Of a stretch of DNA of 64,000 bases, positions 51,638 through 64,000 are shown one piece after another. The notes under the pieces are model-generated. The model was not told where the DNA came from. It searched no databases and was given only the letters and a program-made list of their open reading frames with translations. Made by a program: the position numbers and the translations under genes. This DNA is from Hormiphora californensis (taxonomy: Eukaryota; Animalia; Ctenophora), in NCBI GenBank assembly GCA_020137815.1, contig CM035355.1:6262001-6326000 (forward strand), given 5' to 3'. Within the stretch, counting starts at the first letter, position 1, and every line of letters starts with the position of its first letter.

Positions 51638-53849
51638 CCGGTTGTTGGCACAGAAAATATCCCACATCGGTACTCCAGCTTCCATCATCTTGACACATAA
51701 TTGCACCATCACTATCAAACAGCTGTAGATGCGTGGGCTTACAAGAGATGGCAACGCTAGTCCCTGGTGATGAGGCAGCCCAGCTTCCTTGTGTAGATCC
51801 CTCAGCCGTGAAGGCAGGGCATTCTATAGGTGCTGGAAATAGGATTACAGCGTTAGAAGTCACCAACTGCACCAAAAATGTAAGATCTCATACCTGATCT
51901 GTAGAAGTCAGAAGCTGTGTCGCCAGTGATAAAACTTATCGAATCTACAACATCGCCACCCCATGAATTAACACAAGCAGCGGCATATAATCTCGAATCT
52001 GCGAACACATAGTTGAGCACCTCAACATCATTACACGAGATGATGAAGGCGGTTTCTGTTTTGGTAAACGTCCATATCTTATCCACCTCTTCCAGGGGCT
52101 GTGTTGGCAGGTTACTTTCCCAGTTACAGTTGTGTATCTTATACCGATATCTGCTATTTTTGAACTTTACATACACGTTCATTACATTCATATTCACCCA
52201 GATCAAATCTCCACTGCCTAGTTGAGAAACCGTCCTTATCTGGAGAGGTGTTCCTTCCAGGTCCCAGGGTATGTCTACACCACGCTCTACAGCTGTCCAG
52301 TCTGAAACGCAATAAATGGTTTCAAGAAAGGGGGCTACATTGTACAATAGACCGATTAGGTTATGAAAGACATGACAGATTGTGAAGACATTGTAAAGAC
52401 AAATAAAAGTCCATGTAACAGTGTCCGTCATTATATTCTGGAAATGTTGTCAAAAACTGCCCGAACCTAGAAATCATTAGGGGCAAGCTAATTTTTGCAC
52501 AATCCGATAGTCAATAGGCCCCTGAACCACCAAAAAAAGTCCCAAGCCCAACTCCTGGGGGAAGTGCCCCTAATTGGCCCTAATTGATTACAGTGTATTT
52601 GTAACCATCAATTAAATCGTAAATCGTCTTAGGAAAGGAGTAGAGGGAAAACCAAGGGCACTAAAGTGTTCAGCGTCCTCGCATTAGTGGGGGTAGGTGC
52701 TGGAATTAAGTCTCTATCTCATCTGGTTAATTAGATAATTGGATAATTAGGTTTGCACAGAGCCGTTTTTTGGCTACATGGCTATAGCCACTTAGGAAAA
52801 GAGTAGAGACAAAACCGAGGGCAGTAAAATGATCAGCGTCCTCGAATTAGTGGGGGTAGGTGCTAAAATTAAGTCTATCTCATCTGGTTAATTAGATAAT
52901 TGGATAATTAGATCCGCACATAGCCGTTTTTGGCCACATGGCTATAGCCACTTGGGAATGGTTTAGAGACTTTTCACTGGTGCCATTTTGTAGGCAATGG
53001 CTAAGTTATGGGGGGTCGTGGTCGGACTTTTAAGCTCTATCTCAAACCGTTTAGCCGTTATTTGGATTCAAAGGTGCTGAAAATGAGCAAAAAATGGTAA
53101 AAAGTACGATTTTGAGCCTCTTTGTGGATCTTTGAATCCAAATAACGGCTAAACGGTTTGAGATAGAGCTTAAAAGTCCGACCACGACCCCCCATAACTT
53201 AGCCATTGCCTACAAAATGGCACCAGTGAAAAGTCTCTAAACCATTCCCAAGTGGCTATAGCCATGTGGCCAAAAACGGCTATGTGCGGATCTAATTATC
53301 CAATTATCTAATTAACCAGATGAGATAGAGACTTAATTTCAGCACCTACCCCCACTATTTCGAGGACGCTGATCATTTTAGTGCCCTCGGTTTTGTCTCT
53401 ACTCTTTTCCTAAGTGGCTATAGCCATATAGCCAAAAAACGGCTCTGCGCAAACCTAATTATCCAATTATCCAATTAACCAGATGAGATAGAGACTTAAT
53501 TCCAGCACCTACCCCCACTAATGCGAGGACGCTGAACACTTTAGTGCCCTTGGTTTTCCCTCTACTCCTTTCCTAAGACGATTTACGATTTAATTGATGG
53601 TTACAAATACACTGTAATCAATTAGGGCCAATTAGGGGCACTTCCCCCAGGAGTTGGGCTTGGGACTTTTTTTTGGTGGTTCAGGGGCCTATTGACTATC
53701 GGATTGTGCAAAAATTAGCTTGCCCCTAATGATTTCTTGGTTCTAACAAGAATTCCATGAATTAATTGTATACCCAGATTTTACCAACCTATTGATGTAG
53801 TAGCCGTGCAGCAAAAGACCGTCAGAACAAACACTGATGTGAAGCGCAT
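51638..53849 (-). CDS. Secreted protein: signal peptide + uncharacterised ~135-aa domain + sushi/CCP domain (paralogue A); last exon(s) uncertain
   Basis: Phase-1 exons 53849-53789 (MRFTSVFVLTVFCCTATTSI), 52301-51894 (DWTAVERGVDIPWDLEGTPLQI...), 51832-51638 (IECP...GTSVAISC...IMCQDDGSWS...C). Confidence 0.85.
52463..53743. mobile_element. 1.28-kb foldback (near-perfect palindrome) in intron 1 of paralogue A
   Basis: ~610-bp arms (52463-~53073 and ~53130-53743) around a ~56-bp spacer; internal subrepeats; absent from paralogue B. Confidence 0.9.
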
Positions 53850-56800
53850 CGCTTCAAAGATAGACATTCAACTCAACTGGAATATAAGTAAAGGGGTAAT
53901 GCTTATTCGGTAGCAGCGTTTGTCTGATGAGGCCTCATGAGACAAACGGACACGTTCTTCCTGCTTATCGCTTTTTCGTTGCTCTTTACAAAGCTTTCTT
54001 TTTCTATCTTCAATAAATATTAATGTGGCCGGGCAGGCAGTAGGTACCAATGAGATATATATGGGCGCTGGAGAGAGTGAGATGGATATAGATATGGAGC
54101 CATGGAGGGATTGAGGGAAAGAGACATACAGAGATCAGAGAACTACAGAGCCAGAGATAACACATCTGATCACGGCGAGCTACTAGGAGCCCAGAATGCA
54201 ACTGAGAGACCCGATCACATATAATAGAGTGGGGTTGAACTAGATTTGAGAGCGAAATCAGAGAGCTTTTTCTCTCTCCAGGGATGGCTGAATAAAATTC
54301 GAAACTATGATCAGCTAGTCAGATAGGAGCTGTGATTCCTGAAAGGACACAACGGTGGACAGCAAGTAACAAAAAAGGTAATGAATTTGTTCGCTCGGCA
54401 GATCGCTCGGCACGTTCAAGGACCGACGCGACTTCTCGCCTCCCTGTTATACGGCTCGCCTATTCACGACAGGACCAGGGGATGGAGTAACGGTCATTCG
54501 GCTGAAGGAACATTCCGGCCACGACAAATCGTTTTGTAACGATTTCGTTATGGATGGTTGCGGACTCAAATTCATTCAATCTGATAGCACAACATGGCAA
54601 AACAAATTGGTGAAGAAATGTTTTATACTTTGATGCCTACTTATCCGACTTCCGAGAACTCGAATTGCAAAACTCAAGCGAAGAACTGAGCCCTTTCCCC
54701 CATGTGTTGGACAGTGTATAGATTATGAAAAGAGAGAGCAGGGAGGACTTGTGGAAGAGGCAACACGGTGCTCTGCGGTAACAGTGTAACAGGCGTAAGC
54801 TCTCCAACACGGTGCTTGGTTAGCCAGGGGAGGAGGCGGCCATTACCTGGGGAGGAGGCGTAATGGGCCGCCCTCTCTCTAACTCTGTCTGAGTGAATTC
54901 ATTTCCCGTGTTCGAGTAGTAATGACCATTGACAATCGCCATAGCCCTCTATCTCTCTGTCTCGCCCCCTCTTTCTTATAGTTTCTCTCCATCGCTCTCC
55001 TTTGCGATGGAAAGAAGGCATTGTTGAGTTTAAAATAGTAACCACGGATAATCCTTGTATAAGGTGCCCCCTTACCCTCTCTACAGTGCAAGTTATAATT
55101 GCTTTCTGGCACTCTCAGCTAGGGGAAGGGGATGGTCACCTTTCCGCTTGCCAGCACAGTGATCATTATTTGTATTAGTCCTAGGCATTTGTGTAAGAAA
55201 GTGCCCGTTTCAGGAATTTTTAGATAACCATGCGAGACCTTCACTAAAAGTATGCTATAGGTCCCTAGAATCACCAAAAAACAGTTTACCACTTAAACTT
55301 CCCCAGAACATATCTTAATTTGGCGTTAATTGGGTCTAATTGGCTAATAATAAATTCAAAATTCAAAATCGTCGTAGAAGGTCGTAATTGGTCGCAATCG
55401 TTCAGAAATATTATTCTAATCATCTTTAAATCATGATAGTGACCCAATTATGTAAAATTGGTGCCTTATTTGGCGTTAATTTGGTCAAATTGGGTCTAAA
55501 TTGGACAAAAATTCAAAATCGTTGTAGACGGTCGTGGTTGGTCGCAATCGTTCAGAAATATTATTCTTATCACCTTTAAAATATATTAGTGACTCAGCTC
55601 TGCCAAATTGGTGCGTAATTGGCCCTAATTGGGCCTAATTGGCTATAAGTTAAGCTTTTTTATGTTAAAACAAGAATTTCAATTTTCGCCCTGACTGGGG
55701 AAACGATTTGGAACATCAAAATTCCTTCACCAACGTGTCGTCAAGGGTCTTCTGGAACACCTCTGAGCTTTGTTACTTGCTGGTTGAGGGGCAACATGGT
55801 CTTTTCCGGGTGTGTGTGCCACCTGTAACTTCAGGCAGAGCCTAATATTGTAAATAATTTTAGAATTAGAGTAGAGATTAAATACAGGATACTAAAGTAT
55901 GTAGATTAAAATCAGGATACTAAAGTATGTAGTGAGGTAGACTATATGGCTGGCCCATATGGCTTAAAAAGTTCATACTATGACCGAACATGTTATGTGG
56001 CTTAGATCAGACCTGTGAATGATCCTGAGGCCCTGCTTGATACCCCTCATGGCCTCATGCCCTACTAGATACCTTTCAGATGTAGCTAGAAACCTCTAAA
56101 ACCCTACTAGGAACCACTCAGACCCCACCAGATACCCCTCAGAGTCTACAAGATGCCCCTGAGATTTTACTAAGTACCCTTCAGACCCCATAAGATGCCC
56201 CTTTAAGAGTTGAGACCCTTCTAGATACCCCTCCGAGCATCCTAGATACCCATATTATAGTTCTAGACACTCCTTAGACCCTGCTAGATATCACTCAGAT
56301 CTTTATAGATAGGTACCTCTTAGACCCTACTATAATAATATTGCCCGGCCGAGACAGATATTAATAAGGGGACTCTTATGACTTAGACCCATAGATACTA
56401 CTACAACGGCTGATTTTCTCCCATAAATGCCTCTGGGCATGTCTCTACTAACGACTATTCCACACTATTTAGCGTTGAAGTCAACTCATGTTTTGGTAAA
56501 ATATTCAACTGCATGATATTAATTACTAGCTCACCCATTGGGTGTGCCTCAAGTAAGGGCTTTTTGATATGTGTTAGTAAAACACAAGGATTGTTTCTAT
56601 CCTGTTTGATAAATACTGATCCAGCAGGAATTCTCCCAACATAACAAAAATATCTCACTGATGGGTGGGTCGATTTAGAGCGGCAAAAAGGCAAAATGTT
56701 CAGAGAGCTATTCTCTACTACCTACAACAAACTTGTCCTATTCTGATCCGGTCCACTCTCACTTTAATTTCGCCCCTTTCAACGTTAATAACACGGTTGC

Positions 56801-57790
56801 CATGGCAACTGAATTGGTAACTATGGGGACTGGCGTGTCAAAATTCATTCCAAACATTAAGAAACTTCCACTGGAAGTTCCAAAACTGTGAGCAACAGCT
56901 TTACAGCTTTGGGCCTATAAAGTGTTTTATGAAGGAGCACTGTCGCTTAGATACCGCCTAACGAACGACCACCACTTCGACGCGACATCTCCAAATTATA
57001 ACAGAGATTACTGATGTCCAAAACTCCCTCTCTCTCACTCTCTTTCTCTCACACACACTCTCGTTTGTATGCTGCATTTAGAAGAAAAAAGAACGGCTCT
57101 TGACAAGGATCAATATTATGCACCGGGAAGAAAGCGATATTAGCTACCAACTCCCATACTAGTCTAAAAATCAGAGCACACGTGCTAAAACGATCATCTG
57201 GGCAGGGAAAATATAAAGTTGTTCAAGTTGTATGATATAAATATTATAATAATGCTCGATCGTTGAGCTTGAGTTGACCCTCTCCCTTTATCTTTATCTC
57301 TCTTTTTTCTCTATAGTCTCTCCATATCTCTCACTCCGTGACTAGCCATCTCTGACGTGTCGGTGCTTAAGGAATGCTTTAATAATTCTTTGCCTTGGAT
57401 TATCTCTCCATTCTTTTATGTGTCTCTTACTCAAGCATCGGCGTGCCAAAGCTAATGGCTTTGTTTTTCATAATGGTTATATCGAGCTGAGGCAAAGAAG
57501 AGTTAGATGGATAGAGAGGGAGAGATCTGCCTATCTGTCTGTCTGTCTGTCATGTCTGTCTGTCATGTCTGTCTTTCCGTCTGCCTGTCTATCTGTCCGT
57601 CTGACTGCTCGTGGCAATAATAATTAACTCTGTGCCTGCTATTGCTAAATTATTCATATCCAACATTCGAATAGCAATGATCATCGGGGGGGGGGGGGGG
57701 GCACGGCGTGCCCCAGGGTATTTTAACATTTGTTTTAGTGACCAAGTGATAAAAGGTATCTAGTAGGGCATGAACTTTTTAAGCCATATA

Positions 57791-58007
57791 CAGTCGGAAC
57801 CCGATTTACCGGGCCCCGATATACCGGGCACCCCGCAGGAACCGACCGAATCAAGTAAACAACCAATCAGAACTCGTTATTTAGGTCACGTGACTGGTTA
57901 TCAGCCAATCAGGGACCAGTATTTCCTGATTCGGTCGGTTCCTGGCACCCCGATTCGCCGGTCAAAACCCTTTCTCCCGAGCATCCCGGTAAATCGGGGT
58001 CCGACTG
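57791..58007. mobile_element. TA-flanked CAGTCGGA-family MITE
   Basis: TA|CAGTCGGAACCCGATTTACCGGG ... CCCGGTAAATCGGGGTCCGACTG|TA. Confidence 0.85.
57836..57944. mobile_element. 109-bp hAT-type MITE nested in the previous MITE
   Basis: TIR CAGGAACCGACCGAATCA / TGATTCGGTCGGTTCCTG; 8-bp TSD GCACCCCG. Confidence 0.9.
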
Positions 58008-58141
58008 TAATAGCTGAAACACGGATATGCATACTTTAATATCCTGATTTTAATCTCTACTCCGATTCTAAAATTATTTCCAATATTGGGCTCTGCCTGA
58101 AGTTACAGGTGGCACACACACCCGGAAATGACCATGTTGCC

Positions 58142-59156
58142 CCCAGTGGCAGAAAGATGAGTATTTGAGTATTTTATACTGATGCACTTGTGATGAAGAA
58201 AGAAAGAAATGATGCATCATGATGCACATCGAGGTTGCACTTGATCAACCAAAATTTTTAGAAAATATCAGCAGAAGCTCTAAAAATAGTCCAGGGGCAT
58301 GTCTAGTGGTAGCTTTTTTGTCAAAATCGTTTTAAGTTTGTGTTTTGTCAAAAAGATGCACCGTACATTTAGATACGGCAAAATACTCGAGTATTTTGGC
58401 GTATCTAAGTGCATCAGTGCATCTTTTTTTCAAATCGAGTTTTTCTTTAAATTTTAGGTTTCCTACAGGCTAAATATGGTTCATAGACCACGTTTATGAC
58501 TGTTTAAGACTATATCTGAAATAAAAATACCCCAAACTTGCCAAATTTGGTCATAGTATTTTGGCGTATCTAAGTGCATCAGTGCATCTTTTTTTCAAAT
58601 CGAGTTTTTCTTTAAATTTTAGGTTTCCTACAGGCTAAATATGGTTCATAGACCACGTTTATGACTGTTTAAGACTATATCTGAAATAAAAACACCCCAA
58701 ACTTGCCAAATTTGGTCATAGTATTTTGGCGTATCTAAGTGCATCAGTGCATCTTTTTTTCAAATCGAGTTTTTCTTTAAATTTTAGGTTTCCTACAGGC
58801 TAAATATGGTTCATAGACCACGTTTATGACTGTTTAAGACTATATCTGAAATAAAAATACCCCAAACTTGCCAAATTTGGTCATAGTATTTTGGCGTATC
58901 TAAGTGCATCAGTGCATCATTTTTTCAAATCGAATTTTTCTTAAATTTCAGGTTTCCTATAGGCTAAATATGGTTCATAGACCACGTTTATGACTGTTTA
59001 AGACTATATCTGAAATAAAAATACCCCAAAATGACCCACAGACCCACTGCCGTCGCGATGGGTTGCAAAATTGTGGCCTTCGGCCACAACTGAAAGATGC
59101 ACTTTGAGGTTGCTAAATTTGAATACTGATGCACCAATCATCTTCCTGCCACTGGG
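58142..59156. mobile_element. 1-kb TIR element with 8-bp TSD carrying four 165-bp tandem repeats
   Basis: CCCAGTGGCAGAAAGATGA / TCATCTTCCTGCCACTGGG; TSD ATGTTGCC; repeat units start at 58391, 58556, 58721, 58886. Confidence 0.88.
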
Positions 59157-59992
59157 ATGTTGCCCATCAACCCGCAAGTAACAAAGCTCAGAGGTGTTCC
59201 AGAAGACCCTTGACGACACGTTGGTGAAGGAATTTTGATGTTCCAAATTGTTTCCCCAGTCAGGGCGAAAATTGAAATTCTTGTTTTAACATAAAAAAGC
59301 TTAACTTATAGCCAATTAGGCCCAATTAGGGCCAATTACGCACCAATTTGGCAGAGCTGAGTCACTAATATGTTTTAAAGGTGATACGAATAATATTTCT
59401 GAACGATTGCGACCAACCACGACCGTCTACAACGATTTTGAATTTTTGCCCAATTTAGACCCAATTTGACCAAATTAACGCCAAATAAGGCACCAATTTT
59501 ACATAATTGGGTCACTATCATGATTTAAAGATGATTAGAATAATATTTCTGAACGATTGCGACCAATTACGACCTTCTACGACGATTTTGAATTTTGAAT
59601 TCATTATTAGCCAATTAGACCCAATTAACGCCAAATTAAGAGATGTTCTGGGGAAGTTTAAGTGGTAAACTTTTTTTTGGTGATTCTAGGGACCTATAGC
59701 ATACTTTTAGTGAAGGTCTCGCATGGTTATCTAATAATTCCTGTATTTGACTCAAATGCCTAGGACTATATACACACTCAGAACCCTTTAAAATAGTAAA
59801 TTCAAACAAGAAATTTTGCCAAACAAATGTTTCACCCGTAAGGGATCTTCAGTGACAGCAATAAACTACCAAAAATGAAAATCTCCAGTACTCCCCCAAA
59901 AGAAATATAAGATGGTCTCATATATAAACGTTCTCAGGTGACCAAAAACAACCCACACTAGTAGACACACAATACCAATAGTAAATTACACA

Positions 59993-60023
<31 letters not shown>

Positions 60024-60102
60024 AGTAAATTCTAAAAAAACTTAAGTAGACTAGTACCACGAGACATCATGTAGTAGTCCATTTTACAGTCTCCATGTCT
60101 CT

Positions 60103-62891
60103 GATGCTCAACAATCGGTCAGAACAACTAATAGCAACTTCGGTAGTACTGCCAGTGCCACAAAAACACGCAAAGACACAGTCTTACTTCCAGGTTCAAC
60201 CTCCACCACCCTGCCTCCTTCTGAAGTATTCGCCTTGTTCCCCGGAATGTCGTAAAAACAAAGTCAAACCCACTCTGAAATCAGAAACTGGTTATAATGG
60301 TCAGGCTTATTGATACTCCCCACCCACTCTGGCGGTGGACCAGTGGTGATGGGGCCTGGTACCTAGTAGGTATCTGTTGCGATGTTCAATACATCCAGGC
60401 CATTCTTACTGGTTACATAATACCTGTTTGTAGATGATCCAACCTAGCTCCACGGTGTTTAGCATCTTCTGCTGGTGTATTCGGGAACAATGGCACAATG
60501 ATGATCGGTGTATATGTATGTATACGGATATATCTAACTGTAAACTACCAATTATTTACTAAACTGTTGATTAATCAGTTTACAGTTTAAGATATTCGTA
60601 CACACGGTAAACGGTGATAGTGGTATCCTGCTGCCTAGCAAAAGTGCCCCAACAACTTTTACTTGACATTGCAGTTGCCACATCACAGTTTAGTCATACC
60701 CATTTTACCCCCCCTCCCTTACACCGTCTATTATAATAATCACCTACTTACACATTTTACTTACTCAGTTCTTGGCACCGAATGTCTCCTACATCGGTAC
60801 TCCAAGTTCCATCATCTTGGCACGTAATTTCACCATCGCCCCCAATCAGTAGATGCTTGCGCTCACAAACAACGGCAACGCTAGTCCCTGGTGGTGAGGC
60901 AGTCCAGCTTCCTTGTGTAGATCCCTCAATCGTGAAGGTAGGGCATTCTATAGGTGCTGGAAATAGGATTACAGCGTTACAGAGTCATCATCAAATGATT
61001 ATACAAGCCATTGTATTACTAATCAGGAATAATGATTCATTAAATGCAAAGTCAAATACCGGGTGATGGGTAGAAATCAGATGCTGTGTCGCCACTGTTA
61101 AAACCTATCTCATCCACAACATCACCACTCCATACCCCACACCATGTTGCAGCATATGCAGCATTAAACACGAAGTTGACCAACTCGACACCATTACACG
61201 AGATGATAAGGGCGGTTTCCGTTTTGGTAAACGTCCATATCTTATCATCCTCTTCCGCGGGCTGTGTTGGCAGGTTACTTTCCCAGTTACAGTTTTGTAT
61301 CTTATACTTATATTTGGAGGAGAACGTCACCTGCACGTTACCTGCACCATACATATTCACATAGATCACATCTCCGCTGCCTAGTAAGGAGTCAGTTTTT
61401 ATCTGGACAGGTGTTTCTTCTAGGTCCCAGGGAATTCGTACATCCCTCTCTACAGCTGTCCACACTGAAACGCAATATATATTTTCAAGAAACTAGAAAA
61501 GGGATTACATACTGCAAAGGAATTTATTTTCGCGGGTTTGATCAAAATGGAGTATTTTCGCGGAGTTGATTTTCGCTGATCCCACTACCCCATTTCACGG
61601 TCCGTTCTAACTACGTCAAGAGTACGCCGTCATAATATTCTGTTGCTATCTATTGTATGTCAAACCAACCTGTTGATGCAGTAGCTGTGCAGTACAAGAC
61701 AGTCAGAACAAACACTGATGTGAAGCGCATCGCTTCAAAGACAGACATTCAACTCAACTGTAAAATAAGTAAAGGGGTAAAGCGGTAATGCTTTTCTTTC
61801 TCCTTGCTCTGTACAAAGCTCTCTTTTCCTATTTCAATAAATATTAATGGGGCCAGGTCAGGTAGTAGGTACCAAAGAGATCTGAGAGAGAGTGAGTGAG
61901 ATGGAGAGGAAGATAGATTTTTTCGGAGCATGCAAGGCTAGCCCATCTAAGGCTATTCCGTGTGCGTCTTCAGTTACCCGCACAAACGACTAGCACACCC
62001 TACCATAGAAATACAGGGAGAGAGCGTGTTGCGGTAACACGTGATGTCGATAGCATTTCAATTGACTGCTCGCGGTACAAGAGAGAAGACAGCATTATAA
62101 ATAAAGAGTTCAGTTATACAGAACGAGGAGAAAGAAAAGCATTTAAATGCTGAGCATAACTCTTTGTCTTCAGAACTCTTTGTCTTCAATAAATATTAAT
62201 GGGGCCCCGGGCCATGGCAGGTAGTAGGTACCAAAGAGATCTGAGAGAGAGTGAGATGGAGAGGAAGATAGATATATGGAGGGAGATATATACAGAGATC
62301 AGAGAAATACAGAGATCAGAGATAACTCTTTTTCTACCTCCTATCTAACTACATCTAATGCAAATTTGCTCACGGCAAACTACTAGGAGCCCAGAATGGA
62401 AATGAGAGACCCGATCACAAACAGAGCAGGATTGAACTATATTGGAGAGCGAAATCAGAGAGCTTTTTCTCTCCAGGGATGGCTGAATAATTTTTCTCCA
62501 GGGAGGGGGGGGCTGACCAAAATTGGAAACTAAGTATCACCTATTAATTCTATAACGGGCTACCTACTTATCCGAGAACTCGAATTGCAAAACTCAAACG
62601 GAGAACTGAGTACTGCTCTGTTTTGGACAGAGAGAGAGCAGAGAGGGCTTGTGGAAGAGGCAAAACGGTGATCTGCGGTAACAGTTTAACAGACGTAAGC
62701 TCTCCAACACGGTGCTTGGTTACTAACCAATGGTTAGCGAGGGGAGGAGGCAGTCGTTACCTCAACCTGGGGAGGAGGCGTAATGGGCCGCCCTCTCTCT
62801 AACTCTGTCCGAGTGAATTCATTTGCCGTGTTCAAGAAACAAGTAGTAATGACCATTGATCATCGGCATAGCCCTCTATCTCTCTGTCTCG

Positions 62892-62895
<4 letters not shown>
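60103..62895. repeat. Tandem segmental duplication of ~51000-54970
   Basis: Exons, downstream blocks and ~1.1 kb of upstream non-coding sequence are recognisably shared. Confidence 0.85.
60765..61730 (-). CDS. Secreted unknown-domain + sushi protein (paralogue B); last exon uncertain
   Basis: Exons 61730-61670, 61464-61060, 60956-60765, colinear with paralogue A. Confidence 0.85.
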
Positions 62896-62924
<29 letters not shown>

Positions 62925-62985
62925 CAGTAAAGCACGTGGGTAGTTAGAACGTGGGCAGTGGGAAGATGTAGAGCTCTACATAGAT

Positions 62986-63021
<36 letters not shown>

Positions 63022-63637
63022 CCAGGCAGGGAAAGGAGGTCGGGTCCAATCATCCATCTAGCCTGGTCCCGTTTCTAATGGGGGTTCAAATTGGTAATGT
63101 GATAGTAATTATTTCTGTCTTAAACTGAACGACAATTTTTGTAAAACGGTCCGTTCAAAAGAATGGGAAAATCCCAAAACAAAACATCTTCTGACGCATT
63201 CCTCTGATAAACTACCTAGATATTATCACACTACACAAACACGTATTCAGTTCTCCGGAAACACCTCCTCAATTATATATCTTAAGATTGTCTATTGTTC
63301 TGTCGCAGCCACAGAAGTCTCTTGATCAGTCTTGCTTACTTCCGTCTCAATATCATCTCCTGCCCTGGACTGTGACGGCTGAAAATGGGAAAAAGGGTGT
63401 TAGAATATTTTCTGAAGGAACATCAAAATCAGGGCTGTTAAAGAGCTAAACTAAATGGTGTTGACACCCATGCTAGGGCTGTACGTGCCCTAATGTGATG
63501 CAAGAAGGGGGGCTCCGCAGGTCCTAAAGAATGCTGAAGAGAGAGAGAGGGGAGGTGTTGTTCTTACAAGAAAAGAACGGGATGCCTCACAAACACGTCT
63601 GAGACTTGCCCTCTATCTTTTCCTCTAACTTTCACTT

Positions 63638-64000
63638 TCATTGGGAGGGAGTAGGGGCGGCGGGAGTTGCTGGCTTGGCTACCGGGGTAGGGGCGGCGGG
63701 AGTTGCTGCCTTTTCCGCAGGAGTAGGTGCGGCGGGAGTTGCCGGCTTTGCTACCGGAGTAGGGGCGGCGGGAGTTGCTACCTTTTCCGCTGGAGTAGGG
63801 GCGGCGGGAGTTGCTGCCTTTTCCGCTGGAGTAGGGGCGGCGGGAGTTGCTGCTTTTTCCGCTGGAGTAGGGGCGGCGGGAGTTGCTGGCTTTGCTACCG
63901 GAGTAGGTGCGGCGGGAGTTGCCGGCTTTGCTACTGGAGTAGGGGTGGCGGGAGTTGCTGCCTTTTCCGCTGGAGTAGGGGCGGCGGGAGTTGCTGCTTT
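63638..64000 (-). CDS. 3' part of a gene encoding a 12-aa Ala/Pro/Thr repeat (KAATPAAPTPAE / KPATPAAPTPVA)
   Basis: 36-nt tandem repeat whose variants are mostly synonymous in this frame (GCC/GCA, CCA/CCG/CCT, AAA/AAG, ACT/ACC); first stop is TGA at 63640-63638. Confidence 0.65.
   Translation of the reverse strand, partial: KAATPAAPTPAEKAATPATPTPVAKPATPAAPTPVAKPATPAAPTPAEKAATPAAPTPAEKAATPAAPTPAEKVATPAAPTPVAKPATPAAPTPAEKAATPAAPTPVAKPATPAAPTPSQ

Larger units (their letters stand above)
55176..59768. mobile_element. 4.6-kb foldback-like element with ~750-bp TIRs between the paralogues
   Basis: TAGTCCTAGGCATTTG ... CAAATGCCTAGGACTA; left arm 55176-~55930 matches, inverted, 58030-58141 + 59157-59768; no transposase ORF. 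Confidence 0.85.

Noticed and set aside
57770-58039. 89-aa ORF (QEPTESSKQPIRTRYLGHVTGYQPIRDQY...)
   Set aside because: Translation of two nested MITEs.

Overview
Eukaryotic, animal-type genomic window with spliceosomal introns, microsatellites and many MITEs. The repeat families and domain types recall cydippid ctenophores (Pleurobrachia-like); this is from memory and not verified. Genes in order: an intronless NK-like homeobox gene with an eh1 motif (minus, runs off the left edge); tRNA-Val(AAC); a ~20-kb, almost single-exon gene for a ~6,600-aa disordered repeat protein (plus); a 4-exon thioredoxin (WCRPC, minus); a multi-exon mosaic matrix metalloproteinase (SRCR, Cys-rich, prodomain, catalytic, hemopexin; minus); a 3-exon SIRT1 (plus); two tandem paralogues encoding small secreted unknown-domain + sushi proteins (minus); and the 3' end of a KAATPAAPTP-repeat gene. 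Main anomaly: the giant gene is broken at four points and the MMP at about three, and every break I can phase is a +1 shift (one surplus nucleotide), while the other genes are clean. This is either unrecognised recoding (+1 frameshifting or single-nt deletion editing), cryptic introns, decay, or insertion-biased assembly error. Raw reads and RNA-seq would decide. Second anomaly: unrelated coding repeats of the giant gene carry many near-perfect RFX X-box palindromes.
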